Source of the DNA: Squalus acanthias
Taxonomy: Eukaryota
Assembly: GCA_030390025.1 (NCBI GenBank)
Contig: CM059432.1
Span: 44,518,001-44,582,000 of the forward strand
Direction of reading: 5' to 3'
DNA length: 64,000 nucleotides
Part shown: in pieces, positions 12,684-24,915 of the stretch
How the letters are laid out: every line of letters starts with the position of its first letter
Numbering within the stretch: position 1 is the first letter of the stretch
The notes under the pieces: model-generated
Seen by the model: only the letters and a program-made list of their open reading frames with translations
What the model was told of the DNA's origin: nothing
The model's database searches: none
Made by a program: the position numbers and the translations under genes

Positions 12684-12890
12684 GGACCCCCTGGGACACA
12701 TCTCATTGTCTTGGCTGTGCTCTTTGATGTAGGAAAGATTTGAATATATTTTGTCTGTGTTTAAATTGTGAATTCTGGGAGATTCTCTCACTGCTAACTT
12801 ACCTGACGAAGGAGCGAACTGTTCCGAAAGCTTGTAAAATTAAATAAATCTGTTGGACTATAACCTGGTGTTGTGCGACTTCTCATTTTC
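12684..12890 (+). mobile_element. Penelope-like element 3' fragment inside CR1
   Basis: Interrupts the CR1 RT frame. Contains a CTGACGA..GAAA motif and aataaatctgttggactataacctggtgttgtg, shared in reverse with 25519-25594. Confidence 0.65.
12799..12837 (+). ncRNA. Minimal type I hammerhead ribozyme motif
   Basis: TTAC-CTGACGA-A-GGAGC-gaact-GTTCC-GAAA-GC-TT-GTAA: stem I TTAC/GTAA, stem II GGAGC/GTTCC, palindromic AAGCTT mini stem III. Confidence 0.65.
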
Positions 12891-14721
12891 ATGAATAGAG
12901 GTATAGAGTACAAAAGTGTGGAAATTATGATGAACCTGTATAAAACACTGGTTTGGCCCCAACTGGAGTACTGTGTCCAATTCTGGGAACCACACTTCAG
13001 GAAGGATGTGAAGGCCTTAAAGAGGGTGTAGAAAAGATTTATGAGAATGATTCCAGGTATGAGGAACTTCAGTTAAGTTGATAGATTGGAGAAGCTGGGG
13101 TTGTTCTCCGTGGAGCAGAGAAGATTGAGAGGAGATTTGATAGAGGTGTTCAAAATCATGATGGGTCTGGACAGAGTAGATAGAGAGAAACTGTTCCCAT
13201 TGGCAGAAGGGTCGAGATACAGAGGACACAGATTTAAGGTGATTGGCAAAAGAACCAAAGGCGACGTAAGAAAAAACTTTTTTACGCAGCGAGTGGTTTA
13301 GATCTGGAATGCACTGCCTGAAAGGGTGGTGGAGGCAGATTCAATCACGGCTTTCAAAAGGGAGTTGGATAAGTATCTGAAGGAAAGAAATCTACAGGGC
13401 TACGGGGAAAAGGCGAGGGAGTGGGACTAGCTGAAGTGCTCTTGCAGAGAGCTGGCATGGGCTCGACAGGCCAAATGGCTTTCTTCCATGCTGTAACCAT
13501 TCTATGATTCTATGAAGGACTGTAGCGGTTCAAGAAGGTGGCTCACCACTGCCTTCTCGAGGGCAATTAGGGATGGGCAATAAATGGTGGCCTTGCCAGC
13601 GATGCCCACCTCCCATGAATGAATTAAAAAAAACGAGTTGTCAGGTTGTTGCATTAATCTTCAAATGCCATATCCCACCAACTGCACCACTAGCCTCACA
13701 CACTGCTCAATCCACCACACCCCCATCACTCACCTACCAATAATTTCTATCAATCACGACTCATACCTGACATCCTCACACCCACATCTCACAGCTTGCA
13801 CACACTGCCAGCTATTCATCCCTGACAGCCACATCACCCAAACAGATTGCATCACACTCACTGACACACTTCCCTCTCTCTTGCAGGACAAGGTGGTGCA
13901 CAACCAGAGGCGTGCCTGTATGTCTTTACACCACAGAGGAGAAAGTGCTCGCCATCATTGGAAGGGCCATTGCTGGGGTCGTGGCCAGCAGCGGGGCTGA
14001 AACCATAGAAGATGACAGTATCCTCATACCTAATCCTCCTTCTCACATCCCACTTCCCCCTCATCCCACTATTTCTTCTGATTTACAAGCTGTAGATGGT
14101 GTATGCAAGCAGCTCTTGCTTCCCCCCACCCTCCTCACTACAACCTAACCCTTGTGCCTTTCTCTTATCAGATAGCCAAGAACTGCAACCTGGCCAGAGA
14201 GTGGTGGAGGAGCAACAGGTGGAAGCGCAACAAGACACTGATAATGAAGAAACAATATCACTTCATTTCACACTCGCAGCCATCAGCTTAGGTACTGACA
14301 CTGCGTGTAATTTAGAGGATAGCATAGAGGCGGGATCTGCACGTGGTGAGATACGGGACACTAGTGGCCTGCAGCCAGGGCAGGGGGCAGGGGGAGCGCA
14401 GGTGCCAGCTCCCCAGAGGGTGAGGTCACACATGAGTTCTGCTGCAAAGAATTCAGATGAGCACTTCGAGGGAGCTGGCTACAGAAGAAGGTTGATGGGT
14501 GTGCACGATGAAATGCTTGGTGTATTGACAAGCCTGCCAGAAAGCCTGCGTGCAATGTCAAGGAGCATGGAGGAGTCCAGCACCAACCTTGCACAGGGCT
14601 TTGCGCAGAGCTACGAGCCCATCCTTTCCAGCATGGAAGGGGTGGTGGACCCAACCATGATTCAACGTCTGATGGCCAATGTCTCAGCTTCCATTGCAGC
14701 ACAAGCAGCAGCCACCCAATG

Positions 14722-16263
14722 TCTGCAGCAGAACTCATGTGTGACCTTGCCCTCCAGGGAGCTGGCACCTGCGTTACCCTTTCCCCCTGCCCTGGCTGCA
14801 GGCCACTCACCACCTGCAGATCCCACATCTAAGCTATCCTCTAACGTATGCGGAATGTCAGTATCTGAGCTGGTGGCTGGGAGTGTGAAATCGAGTGATG
14901 CTGTGTCTTCGTGATCACTGCCTTCCTGCTCCTCCACCAGTGCGTGGCCAGATTGCAGTTCTTGACTATCTGAAAGGAGAAAGGCACAATGGTACGGTTG
15001 TGGTGAGGGGAGGGGGCAAAGCAAGAGGTGCATGCATACACTATCTGCAGCTTCTAAGTCAGAAGAGATTGCGGGATGAGGGGTAAGTGGGATATGAGAA
15101 GGAGGATTAGGTTGGAGGATACCGTCATCTTGGATTGCTTCAGCCTCGCCGCTGGCTACAGGCTCAACGATTTCCCTCCCAAGACTGGTCAGCACTGTCT
15201 CCTCCATGGGGGTGAGATTATGCCGGCACGCCTGTGCCACTTCGGGTAGCCCTTGCTGGTTCCGAATTTGAGCCACCTTGTTCTGCAAAAATATAAGAAC
15301 ATGAGAACATAAGAAATACGAGTAGGAGTAGGCCATTCAGCCCCTCGAGCCTGCTCTGCCATTCAATAACATCATGGCTGATCTTCTACCTCAACTCTAC
15401 TTTCCTGCACTATCCCCATATCCCTTGATTCCCTTAATATCCAAGAGAAAGGGAAGTGTGTCAGTGAGTGTGGTGCAATGTGTTTGGGTGATGTGCCTGT
15501 CATGGTTGAATAGCTGACAGTGTATGCAAGCTGTGAGATGTGGGTGTGAGGCTTGCAGCAGTGATAAGTGTGTGAGGATGAGGTGAAGCTACGAATGTGA
15601 GGTATGAGTCGTGTTTGGTAGAGATTGTTGGTAGGTGAGTGATGGGGGTGTGGTGCATTGAGCAGTGTGTGAGGATAGTGGTGCAGATGTTGGGATATGG
15701 CATTTGAAGATTAATGCACTGATCTTGACCACTCATGTGAACTTCTTCTTGCACTGCAGCCAGGTCCTCAGGGTGACACTGCTGACATTGACAACTATGG
15801 CTATCTGTTCCCATTGGCATTTTTGATTTTGCCTGGAGGGCCTCCTGGCCCCTTGTGGAAATAGGACCTCTCTCCTCCTATCTACCTCCTGCACCAAAGC
15901 CTCCAGTGCTGTATCCAAGAACCTTGGTGCACGCTCGCTCCCCTGTTGTGACATCAGTAGTTGTCTTCCCCAGCCAGTTCAATGAGGTGCTGCAGGCAGA
16001 ATGCATCTCCCCTTTAAGAGGTGCAGTCTGCCTTTAAGAAGTGCAGGCTAGCTTTCATTGGTGCTAGCCTCGCACGAACTTGCTCCCCTGGTGAGCGTTC
16101 AGCCACTCAGCAGCACATTCAGCACTGGACTGAATGCCACAATCATTATAATTAGCAGGCAGCACAAAGGTCGCAAGCTGCCTGCATTCCTTTCAACGGG
16201 CATGGGGTGATCATACATTGTGATTCCCGTGCACGTTTTCGGGGGTTATCCAATTTTTAGCCC
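14722..16263 (-). mobile_element. Harbinger remnant F: TIR plus Myb/SANT gene, inverted relative to E
   Basis: End CAATTTTTAGCCC at 16263. Exon 1 from 15954 (ERAPRFLDTALEALV..RTWLQCKKKF), exon 2 at 15282-15123, exon 3 from about 14970. Confidence 0.85.
15290..15443 (-). mobile_element. Short CR1 3' tail inserted into the exon 2 acceptor region of F
   Basis: (TAAGAACA)n tail plus ggccattcagcccctcgagcctgctc, as in the other CR1 tails of the window. Confidence 0.75.
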
Positions 16264-17944
16264 AAAATCACTACAGCAAAACATAGGCTGCATTATTATA
16301 ATAAAAATTTAACAAAACTAGAATTATTTCATTTATTCAAACAATATTGGATAGACTTTACAAATCAGCACTCCACGTACAAAGCTTTGTGTGATCAGAG
16401 TGCATATCAGGAACTTGGGTGAGGAGATGATTAGTCATTAAAATAAATGGAATGAGAATCGTGTGGGGCACGCTGACTTCTACAAATTCATGGTTGCTTT
16501 AAGCTCTGCACTGCGAGAACAAAATTATTAAATTTACCACATTGTAAATTAGAAAATAGCATTTGACTTGCAATAAAACTATCTTAAAATTTTCAACAGG
16601 AATAAAGTTGGATTATGATTTTTGTAGCTCTGCTGTAATAAAGACTGTGTAAAGACTGCGGAAGATATTGATAATCAAGAACTTTTCATAACCCTAATTC
16701 CCATCATAAGGGAGGCTCGAATGAAGAAGCACCTTCCGTCTATTTTATCTCATCCTTACAGAATATCAAACCTAATATCTTCCTAACTCCACACATTTTA
16801 ACATCTCCCTGAAGAGGCAGATGGGATCTTGGTTTAACATCTTGTCCAAAGGACAGCACCTTTAACAATGCTGCACTGGAAGCCCACAAACTTCTATAGT
16901 TGACAGTGCTGCTAAGCCAGTCAAGCTGATGCTCATTGCTGCAGAATCAATATTAGGGCCTGCAAAGTTATCTCATCCCTTGGAAAACAAATCACAATCT
17001 GTTCTATCTTTCATTTCTTCCTTTTCTTTAATTTTGTGCTGATTTTTTTTTCTCAATGTGGAAGATGTCTTAATAGTGCTGGGGAATGGAACATTTTTAT
17101 ACTTCTCACAGGTTAGGCAAACCACGTCATCTAGTTCCTAACTAGCCTGGTTTTAACTTATAATGTAATAAGTATCATTTTGAAGTGCTATATTCTGTAT
17201 TTTTATCATGCATATCAAACTGGAAAAAAGTAAAGAGGGAAAGAAAATAATTTTAGAAACCTTGCAAGCTGTAATCAATAGCTAGGTAAGAGCAGATCAA
17301 AATATATTGAGAGATTCACAGATGTTAAACAGTTGGTAAAAGCAGCATGAAGGATCAAACACAGAAAAATGTTCAAAGCTAATGTTGCACACTGAGCTTT
17401 CAAAAGAACTTAAACTTGTTTCATTTCAATGCCATTGATGTAAACTCTTCAGAACATCTGATGCTAGAGACAGAAGTTGACTAATACTGTCAGTGTGTGA
17501 TCTGTTTATTGTGAGGGATTTTGTGGAACCGTTAGATATTTACATCCAGAATATTGAATATTAACCCTTGCGTGTTTGAGAATAGATGTTTGGATAAATT
17601 GCTAAAATCATCTTTGTAATTCATTAAACAGCCGTGAAATCTGAGCCATTTGATAAAAATACTGAGAATGCATATAACGCATATCAGGATGCCTTTCATG
17701 ATTTTTTATGTAGATTTGGCCTTTATGGAAAGTTAAATGTCATTGAAGAGGAAATAAATGCTTGCCACAAAAAAGCAAAGCAAGCTTCTTGGAGGCAGCT
17801 TTAGCAATGGAGGAAATGTAAGAATTCCATTTGCGGTTACAGAAGATAGTGGGCAAAATTAATGATTCAACCACTGCACTGTGAGAGAAATGAGCATTGT
17901 GCACATTCAGGGGATGTGATCTGAAGGAAGTTAACAAAAGCAAA

Positions 17945-18870
17945 ATGGAACCAGTAAAAAGCAGGACAAATCCAAACCGCCCAATCAGTCTACTTTCAAT
18001 CATCAGCAAAGCGAAGGAAGGAGTCATCAACAGTGCTATCAAGCAAAACTTACTCACCAATAACCTACTCACTGATGCTCAGTTTGGGTTCCACCAGGAC
18101 CACTCAGCTCCATACCTCATTACAGCCTTGGTCCAAACATGGGCACAAGAGCTGAATTCCAGAGGTGAGAGTGACTGCCTTTCATGAGTGCGGCAACAAG
18201 AAGTCCTAGTAAAACTGAAGTCAATGGGGATTATGGGGAAAACTCCCCAGTGGCTGGAGTCATACTTGGCACAAAGGAAGGTGGTTGCGGTTGTTGGAAG
18301 CCAATCACCTCAATCTCAGGCATCATTGCAGGAGTTCCTCAGGGCAACATCCGAGAACTAACTTCAGCTGCTTCATCAATGACCTTCCGTCCATCATAAG
18401 GTCAGAGTGAAGCTGTTTGCTGATGATTGCAGAATGTTCAGCTACATTCACAATTCCTCAGATAATGAAGCAGTCGATGCCCACATGCAGCAAGACCTGG
18501 ACAACATCCAGGCTTGGGCTGATAAGTGGCACCTAACTTTCTACACAAGTGCCAGGCAATGACCATCTCCAACAAGAGAGAGTCTAACCACCTCCTCTTG
18601 AAATTCTTTGGCATTATCATTGCCACATGGGAACACAATCATCTCCAAGTTCCACGCCAAGTCACACACCATCCCAACATTTCTTCATCGCTGCTGGGTC
18701 AAAATCCTGGAACTCCCTACCTAACAGCGTTGTGAGATTACCTTCACCACATGGATAGCAACGGTTCAAGAAGAAGGTCCATCACCACCTTCTCAAAGGC
18801 AAGTAGGGATGGGCAATAAAAGTTGCCTTTGCCAATAATGCCCATCTCCTGCAAGTGAATAATAAGAAAA
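17945..18870 (+). mobile_element. Degenerate non-LTR LINE (RT fragments and 3' tail)
   Basis: RPISLLSIISK..QFGF, AGVPQG, LFADD remnants; tail shared with 13521-13633 and with the SINE at 40317. Confidence 0.8.
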
Positions 18871-20037
18871 ATAAGAATGGATATGAAAAAGGAGCAATGT
18901 GGAAGTAAGAAGAGTGCTGAGGAACCACTGAGTTAATAGAAATGAATCAGAGAAACATTCCTTTGGCTGGGAGACTATAATGTGATAAATTGTTCAGAAG
19001 TGGAAGATTCCAAGCTCTGTCAAAGGCCGGTTATGATAATTATAGATTAATCAGCATAGTGCTCAAGAGCAGAGTTCCAGAGATACATAAGATGAACTAC
19101 AAGATCTCCTGTGTAAAGATCACGGTGGAAAGCCACAGTGGTGATCATGGATTAGCCAAGAACTTTCAAGAAGATTGATAATTTGAGAGTGTTAAGCAGC
19201 TTTAGTATCATTAGAAAATACCAGTGAGGACAATAGTGTGATAGTTAGAAATGTAAGAGGGATCAGCACCTCATGCATGTTTTTATATTCTGTAAAATCA
19301 GGGCACGATGTACCTGGTGGTACAAATTAGATTTTTTAAATTAAAGTGACAATTTGGAATAAAGGAGTGACTTGTACACTAGGTTTTGTGGCAAGTAACT
19401 CTTCATTTTCTGGAAATAAGATTTATTTTAATGTTGGTTTTCAGGAAGAGCAAACATTCTAAATAAATTAAGAAGCAAAAGGTGACAATGACAGAAGTTC
19501 ATGGTTAAAATGGTACAATATGAAAGAATGCAAGTGTGTTGCCGGCACTTGTCATTACACCACTTATATCTGTAGGCCTTGGCAGACCATCATAACAAAG
19601 AGGGGAACTGGTTCCACAGGAACTGGGTCCACAGGAACTGGCTTCACAGGCTCCATCTCAGCAGTTGCAGAGCTGTGCTGTCTGTCAAATGTGCCATCTA
19701 CCACAAGTGGCAATCAAGGTCGCCAATGTCCTCAAAATTTATGCCTGTATTTCCTTACAGCCTAACTCAGAAATCAATTGCAATATCAGTTTAGAAAGGC
19801 TGAAACAATTTTTAACTCCATATGCAGCCACTTACCTTGAAGTGGCCACATCCCGTTAAATCTTTGCTGTAGCCCTACAGGCAATAAACTAGGTTGAGAG
19901 CTTGCGGTTATTATATAAATGATCTGAACTTGAAATATAGCGCGAGATAGGACTTTGGCAGATAAGACAAGGTGATTTGATCCCACAGGCTCTACACCAG
20001 CATGTCTTTTTAAACACAATGCAGATGGGACATTGAA

Positions 20038-21035
20038 GGGGTTATTTTGGCTAAAGAGTGAAAACAGGCACTAAATGGGTGCAGTGCTAATAAGATACAC
20101 CTGTTTGAAAGTCTGGATTTAGCACACAATTTTGAATCCAATTGCTAATTACCATAATTTGAACTTGCCTGGAGGTGCTAAACCAGACACCTGCAGGTTT
20201 CGCACTCAAGTGCTGATTAGATGCAATTGTCGTGGAGCACCCACTCCCACTGAAGGTGTGGAGTGTACTGGCTGGCACACAGCAGCACGGCTCAGGGACC
20301 GAGGGAGAGGGTGCACAGATTCTCAGACGCAGGACTGGAGGTCCTACTGGACGAGATCCAGAGGAGTAGGGATATCCTGTACCCACAGGGGAAAGGACAC
20401 CACCTCGCCCTCCTGTCCCTCTCTCCTGCAGCAGCTGGTCTGGCCTCATGTCCTCCTCCCATTCCTCATCCAGACCAAGGGGGACCCTTAGCAAGATGCC
20501 CATGACCAAGAACTCCCTTTCTCCAGGTGACTACTATAAGGTGTCGAATAAGGTGGACTAGCACAGCACTTATTCTTTTTAGGTGAAGTCCTCAGAAAAT
20601 TTGCAGAATAAATGTTGCTAAAGTGTTGGTGACGTCTTGACAAAGTATCCCAGAAAGTCTCCCGATGTGCTTCAGAGGTCATCTTCACAGCTCCAGCAGC
20701 AAGTGAACATGAAATGGTGAGTATCCCTTTAAGTAGCGCTTTAAAACCACATCAATGCTCTTTTTTACTCCAAAACAGCTGGTCGCTGTTAGGCCAGGGC
20801 GTTAGGACAAATACTAGCCACCAAAATGCTGTGCAGCCTCCTTTATGAGCGCTAGCAGGCATTTTAAGTGGCAATCAGCTCCTTAACGAGCCTCTGGTCA
20901 GCCGTACCTAGCGCAGGCTTCAACTCCTTTACCAAGATGGTGTCTTGCGCTAAATGCAGGTGTTCCAGCTCAAGACCCCATCTTGGCCACCTCGGAGGAT
21001 CTTTAGTGCCTGAACATGCTGCTGAAAATTGCCCC
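20038..21035. mobile_element. Non-autonomous Harbinger joining the 5' ends of the Myb gene (+) and the transposase (-)
   Basis: Degenerate TIRs GGGGTTATTTT and AAAATTGCCCC. RERVHRFSDAGLEVLLDEIQRSRDILYP on + abuts MGILLRVPLGLDEEWEED on -. Confidence 0.7.
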
Positions 21036-22032
21036 CTGATTGTTCATTCAGAAAAATAGGAAAATACGACCTTTAAAAACTAAAATATCACAGTGCAGCA
21101 TTAGTAATGACTGCATTAAAAAAGCAGAGGCTGTTTACATAAATACATTAACCAATTCATTGTTAATATCACTAGCATAATTTCAAGCTTGTAATGTCTC
21201 AACTCTCTCTCCCTTGTACCATTCTAAATAGTCTGCTTGATTGCTGGAACTAACCAGGCGGAGAATCATCATAAAACATGCATGTGTAGTTGAACATGCC
21301 AATGCATTAACCCCATTAAGCCATTTTTTTCCCACTGTCTGAGCTTCCCTCAGGAAATTTTCTATGAATTCCTGAGGTTTTTCTCTACTTTTGATGTCCA
21401 TTTGGTCCTAATCACCTAGAGAGCTATATTAATCTCAGCTTGAAAATCCTCCTTTCTTTCTACAACAAAGGAAATTTCCTCACACAATCCTATATCTTTC
21501 TTTTCTCTGTTAGTAATTTCTTTCCCTGAGCTACCATCTTCAGTTTCATTGTCTGGATGAACAAACAATTCCATCATCTTTGCTGCAATCCTCTGATAAC
21601 CTATCATCACTCTTTCAGCTAAATAGAGCAGCTGAGAAAAATATCACATTTTTTCCTATAGTGCTGTGCTAAAGGCACAGTTTTGAACCAAAATTTGAGA
21701 GATTTAACTGGTAACCATAGGAAACAAATGACAGCAACATGCGGCGGGGGTGGGGGGGTGGAGGTGGCAGGAGGCGCAATCGCTTACCAACATAGAAAAT
21801 GATGGAGCTCCCAATATAACTTAGTGAGAAAAACACCACTTGGCTTACTATTAAATTATACGTACCAAAAGGGCCCATTGGGGATATATGCCCTGGGTTA
21901 GTGTGGGGAAAGCTAGCAGTGTTCCCAATCCTGAAACTATCCAGTGACTCCTTCTGTAAACAGCTGTGTGGATCTTGGGTGAGGACAGGATTGGACTCCG
22001 CTGTGATGCCCTCGGTAGTTAACTAAAATACT

Positions 22033-22200
22033 GGGGGTAATTTTAACTTTTATCACTGGGCAAAAAATGGGTGCAAGGGAATTGCCAGATAGTTTTATAC
22101 TTCACCCGCTTTTCTTATCCATTCTTATCCATTAAAGTTTTCTTATCCAAAGTGGATAAGAAAATTGGGCGAGGTGTAAAACAGGCTGAGTTATTGGAGG
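22033..22200. mobile_element. Old palindromic MITE related to 61717-61901 and about 41050-41160
   Basis: Starts GGGGGTAATTTT; internal hairpin ttttcttatcca/tggataagaaaa. Confidence 0.55.
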
Positions 22201-24105
22201 GCCCACAGTAACTATGGAACTCTATCCCAGCAACTGCAGAAGAGTGGAAATAATTGCCATTTTTTAAGAAGTAATGTTGTCCACTAGCTGTCCTAAAAGG
22301 ACAACACACAGATGACCTCTAAACATGTTGTTAAAGTGTCGTCCAAGAACAGTTTATAATAAGTCCAGTGAAACTTGTCTTAAGACCCAAAGAACTGAGA
22401 TCACACTTAACCATTATTTTCAAGAAAAAAATATTGGGGGGGCAGATTTGAATTTAGGTCTTCAGAGGTAAAAGAGAAATATGACAATAGACAATTGTAT
22501 CATCAAGATATCTCACAAATATATTTGTCCCTAAACAACAATCTTGAGATAGAAAAATATCTCAATTGTACCACATTACACTTCCATTTCCTATTCTCTC
22601 AATCCTAGGCTCTTTACAGAAGAAACAAACATATTTATGTTTAAAGGTAGCTCCAATAGAACAAATTTTGGATTTCTAACCCAGAGGCTTTACATGTTTG
22701 AATCTCACTATTGAATAGCATTTGGTTTTAGTTTTTCAGATTTTGACTATAGCTGTTGGGCAAAGCTGTTCTGTCATCTGTGATGCGTAACTCATGAAAG
22801 ATGGAGAAAGCATTTTCCCTTTATCATGATTAGAACCCAAGATAATGTGAAATGGCTAATTGTCTTAACCAGCAGTGTCACTTACATACATATACTATCA
22901 GGATAATGTCCAAATATGTTACTGATGACACCCAGCAGGGAGTTGTTATATGCTGAAATCATGGGCAGCATATGTTGTGTTTATACTAGGATATTTTGAT
23001 GTTTATGCTTGCTTTGCCAATGTTTTCTCATCTCATTCTTAATTAGGTAACAGTGACAGTTAAGGTAATTGGGAAATTGCGCCCAAAATGTGCTTGAAAT
23101 TGCACTGGTTAGGTTATAGATCAAGTTTCCGATAAAAATCATTTGTATAGTCACAAACGTAAAACCTTCCACAAACCAGAGCAATTGTGCAGCGTATTAG
23201 AATGTAATTGTTTATTTTTTTTCTTTCCACTAAAAAGTATTCCTTGATGTATTTAAGAGTGGTAACCTGGTCCACCTTTATTAATACAGCTGAAAATGGG
23301 TTTATCACAAAAAGTAAGCATTTTTAATGTGTGACCAGTCCTCCACTTGTAAATAACCTGATTTAAAATCACCGAAAATGGTTTATAAAAACCCATACTG
23401 AACCATTTAATTGTTTCATTGGTGTACACTAGTCAGTTTCTTAGTAAATTAGATATTTTTTGATCTGAAAAAACTTTTAAAACATGCCTACTAGTGCCTG
23501 TGCTTCATCGCAACGTCTTCACTAAGATCTCCTCTCTTCTCTCCTCCCTTTGCCTTTGCACTGATTGATTCCTCTTCCTTTGTGATTTCTATATACAGCT
23601 AAAGTCTTCTATCCTCTAGCCCACATACCCTCGACTTCTCTTCCATTCTGTCTTTACTGAATCTCACCTCCTACATAAATTTTCCCACCTATACCCACGG
23701 CCACACCCTTAACTTCAACCTTTCCTTTGCACCTCTAGATCACTGAAGTGACTATTTCTTCATCTTCTTTATCGCCCGCATCTCCTTGCATTGTTCAACC
23801 CCACTAACCTCACCCACCACCCCAAAAAAATTAACCTCAGCTTCCTCAGAAACTTCCAATTCCTTTACCTCTGGTCTTCTACCAGCCACAATAACTTTTC
23901 TGCTGTTGATCTGCTTGACTGCTCCTGATGTCTACCTTCAAAATCCTTGTCCTGCAATATCACTCAACCACTCCTTTTGTTCCTCTAGTATGGTTCCTAT
24001 CTTTTCTTCCCTAAATCTGAGGGATGTAAACTCAAGAGCACCTGGCACACAACTGGCCTAGTTATGCATCGTCAAATTCACATGGCATGTTCAACTCTAC
24101 CATGA

Positions 24106-24915
24106 CTCATGATGAAAGGTCATCGACCTGAAACAATGGGCCATAACTTGCGACCCCTACGGGTGCGTTTGAGGTGCATTGGCGCCCGTCAGGGCCACGC
24201 AAGTTCTGGGTTTAGGCAAGCGAAGCGCATGCGCGAAAACCTGGAACTTGCAATCTGTCAAGAATTTTCTTGACTAATCATTCGCATCCCCGGGAAAAGG
24301 GCATCCCGGGCAGAGGGTTGGGCTATTTGTCCAACTTCTGCCCAGCGAATACCCGTGAAATTCTTACGCCTGGTAAAAGCAGTAAGCGTCAGAGCTTAAA
24401 AAACATAAAAATAAATTTTTATCCATCATTTATACATTACAAACCCTGTACAATAAGGTAAGTTTATTTTTAGCCCCTTTAAAACATTTAAATTTATTTT
24501 TCAAAAAAATACATTTTTGTTTTCAATATTTAATATGTAATTTTTTTTATTTATTTGATGTGTAGATGTATTTTTGGGGGTATTCCTATTCATGCTTATG
24601 GAGTTTCCATACATACAGAATCCCCATAAACATGAATGGGGATCCCCCTTCTTTCGTTCGTTGGGCCGGCTCACGTGATCCCAAGGGCGCTTGCAATCCA
24701 CCTGCGCCCCTGAGATAAGTGGATACCCAGAGAGGCCCAGGACCGCGAACCTCTGTGCCTCCCGGACCACCAGGTACGAGGGCATTTTATTTGTGGATCG
24801 GAGGCATTTCCCCGCGGGAAGCCTCTGACTGCAAATTCAGGGCCATTAACTCTGTTTCTCTCTCCACAGATGCTGCCTGACCTGCTGAGTATTTCCAGCA
24901 TTTTCTGTTTTTATT
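24106..24915 (+). mobile_element. Penelope-type short repeat (family of 62601-62815), split by a MITE
   Basis: tgatgaaaggtcatcgacctgaaac|MITE|attaactctgtttctctctccacagatgctgcc... Confidence 0.7.
24138..24844. mobile_element. Harbinger-type MITE, 707 bp
   Basis: TIRs GGGCCATAACTTGC and GCAAATTCAGGGCC, flanks AAT and ATT; homologous to 1-382. Confidence 0.82.

Larger units (their letters stand above)
10318..13514 (+). mobile_element. 5'-truncated CR1 LINE with a disrupted ORF2 (APE endonuclease + RT)
   Basis: AITETW, GDFNYP, SGVPQGSVLG, KFAVDTK (YADD-equivalent), (ATTCTATG)n tail; TSD AAGGAC (10312-10317 / 13515-13520). Confidence 0.92.
10256..13633 (+). mobile_element. 3' tail of a second non-LTR LINE family (pieces 10256-10317 and 13515-13633), split by CR1
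   Basis: Same sequence as the 3' end at 18696-18870 (gggtcaaaatcctggaactccctacctaacag...gggatgggcaataaa...). Confidence 0.75.
10174..14721 (+). mobile_element. Harbinger remnant E, Myb/SANT gene only, interrupted by nested LINEs
   Basis: Exon 1 piece (IAVVVNARS..RKKFNDLTR) at 10174-10255 resumes at 13634. Exon 2 at about 13886-14017 (DKVVHNQR); exon 3 at about 14172-14721 (MSSAA..SDE..MSRSMEES). Confidence 0.75.

Noticed and set aside
14096..15336. Long ORFs 14096-14914 (+) and 15336-14662 (-) as novel genes
   Set aside because: Chimeric read-through of Harbinger Myb exons and introns across the E/F inverted junction and a CR1 tail.
19594..19650. Three 15-bp repeats (GGAACTGGNNNCACA) as CRISPR-like or coding
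   Set aside because: No spacers and a eukaryotic context; an ordinary minisatellite.
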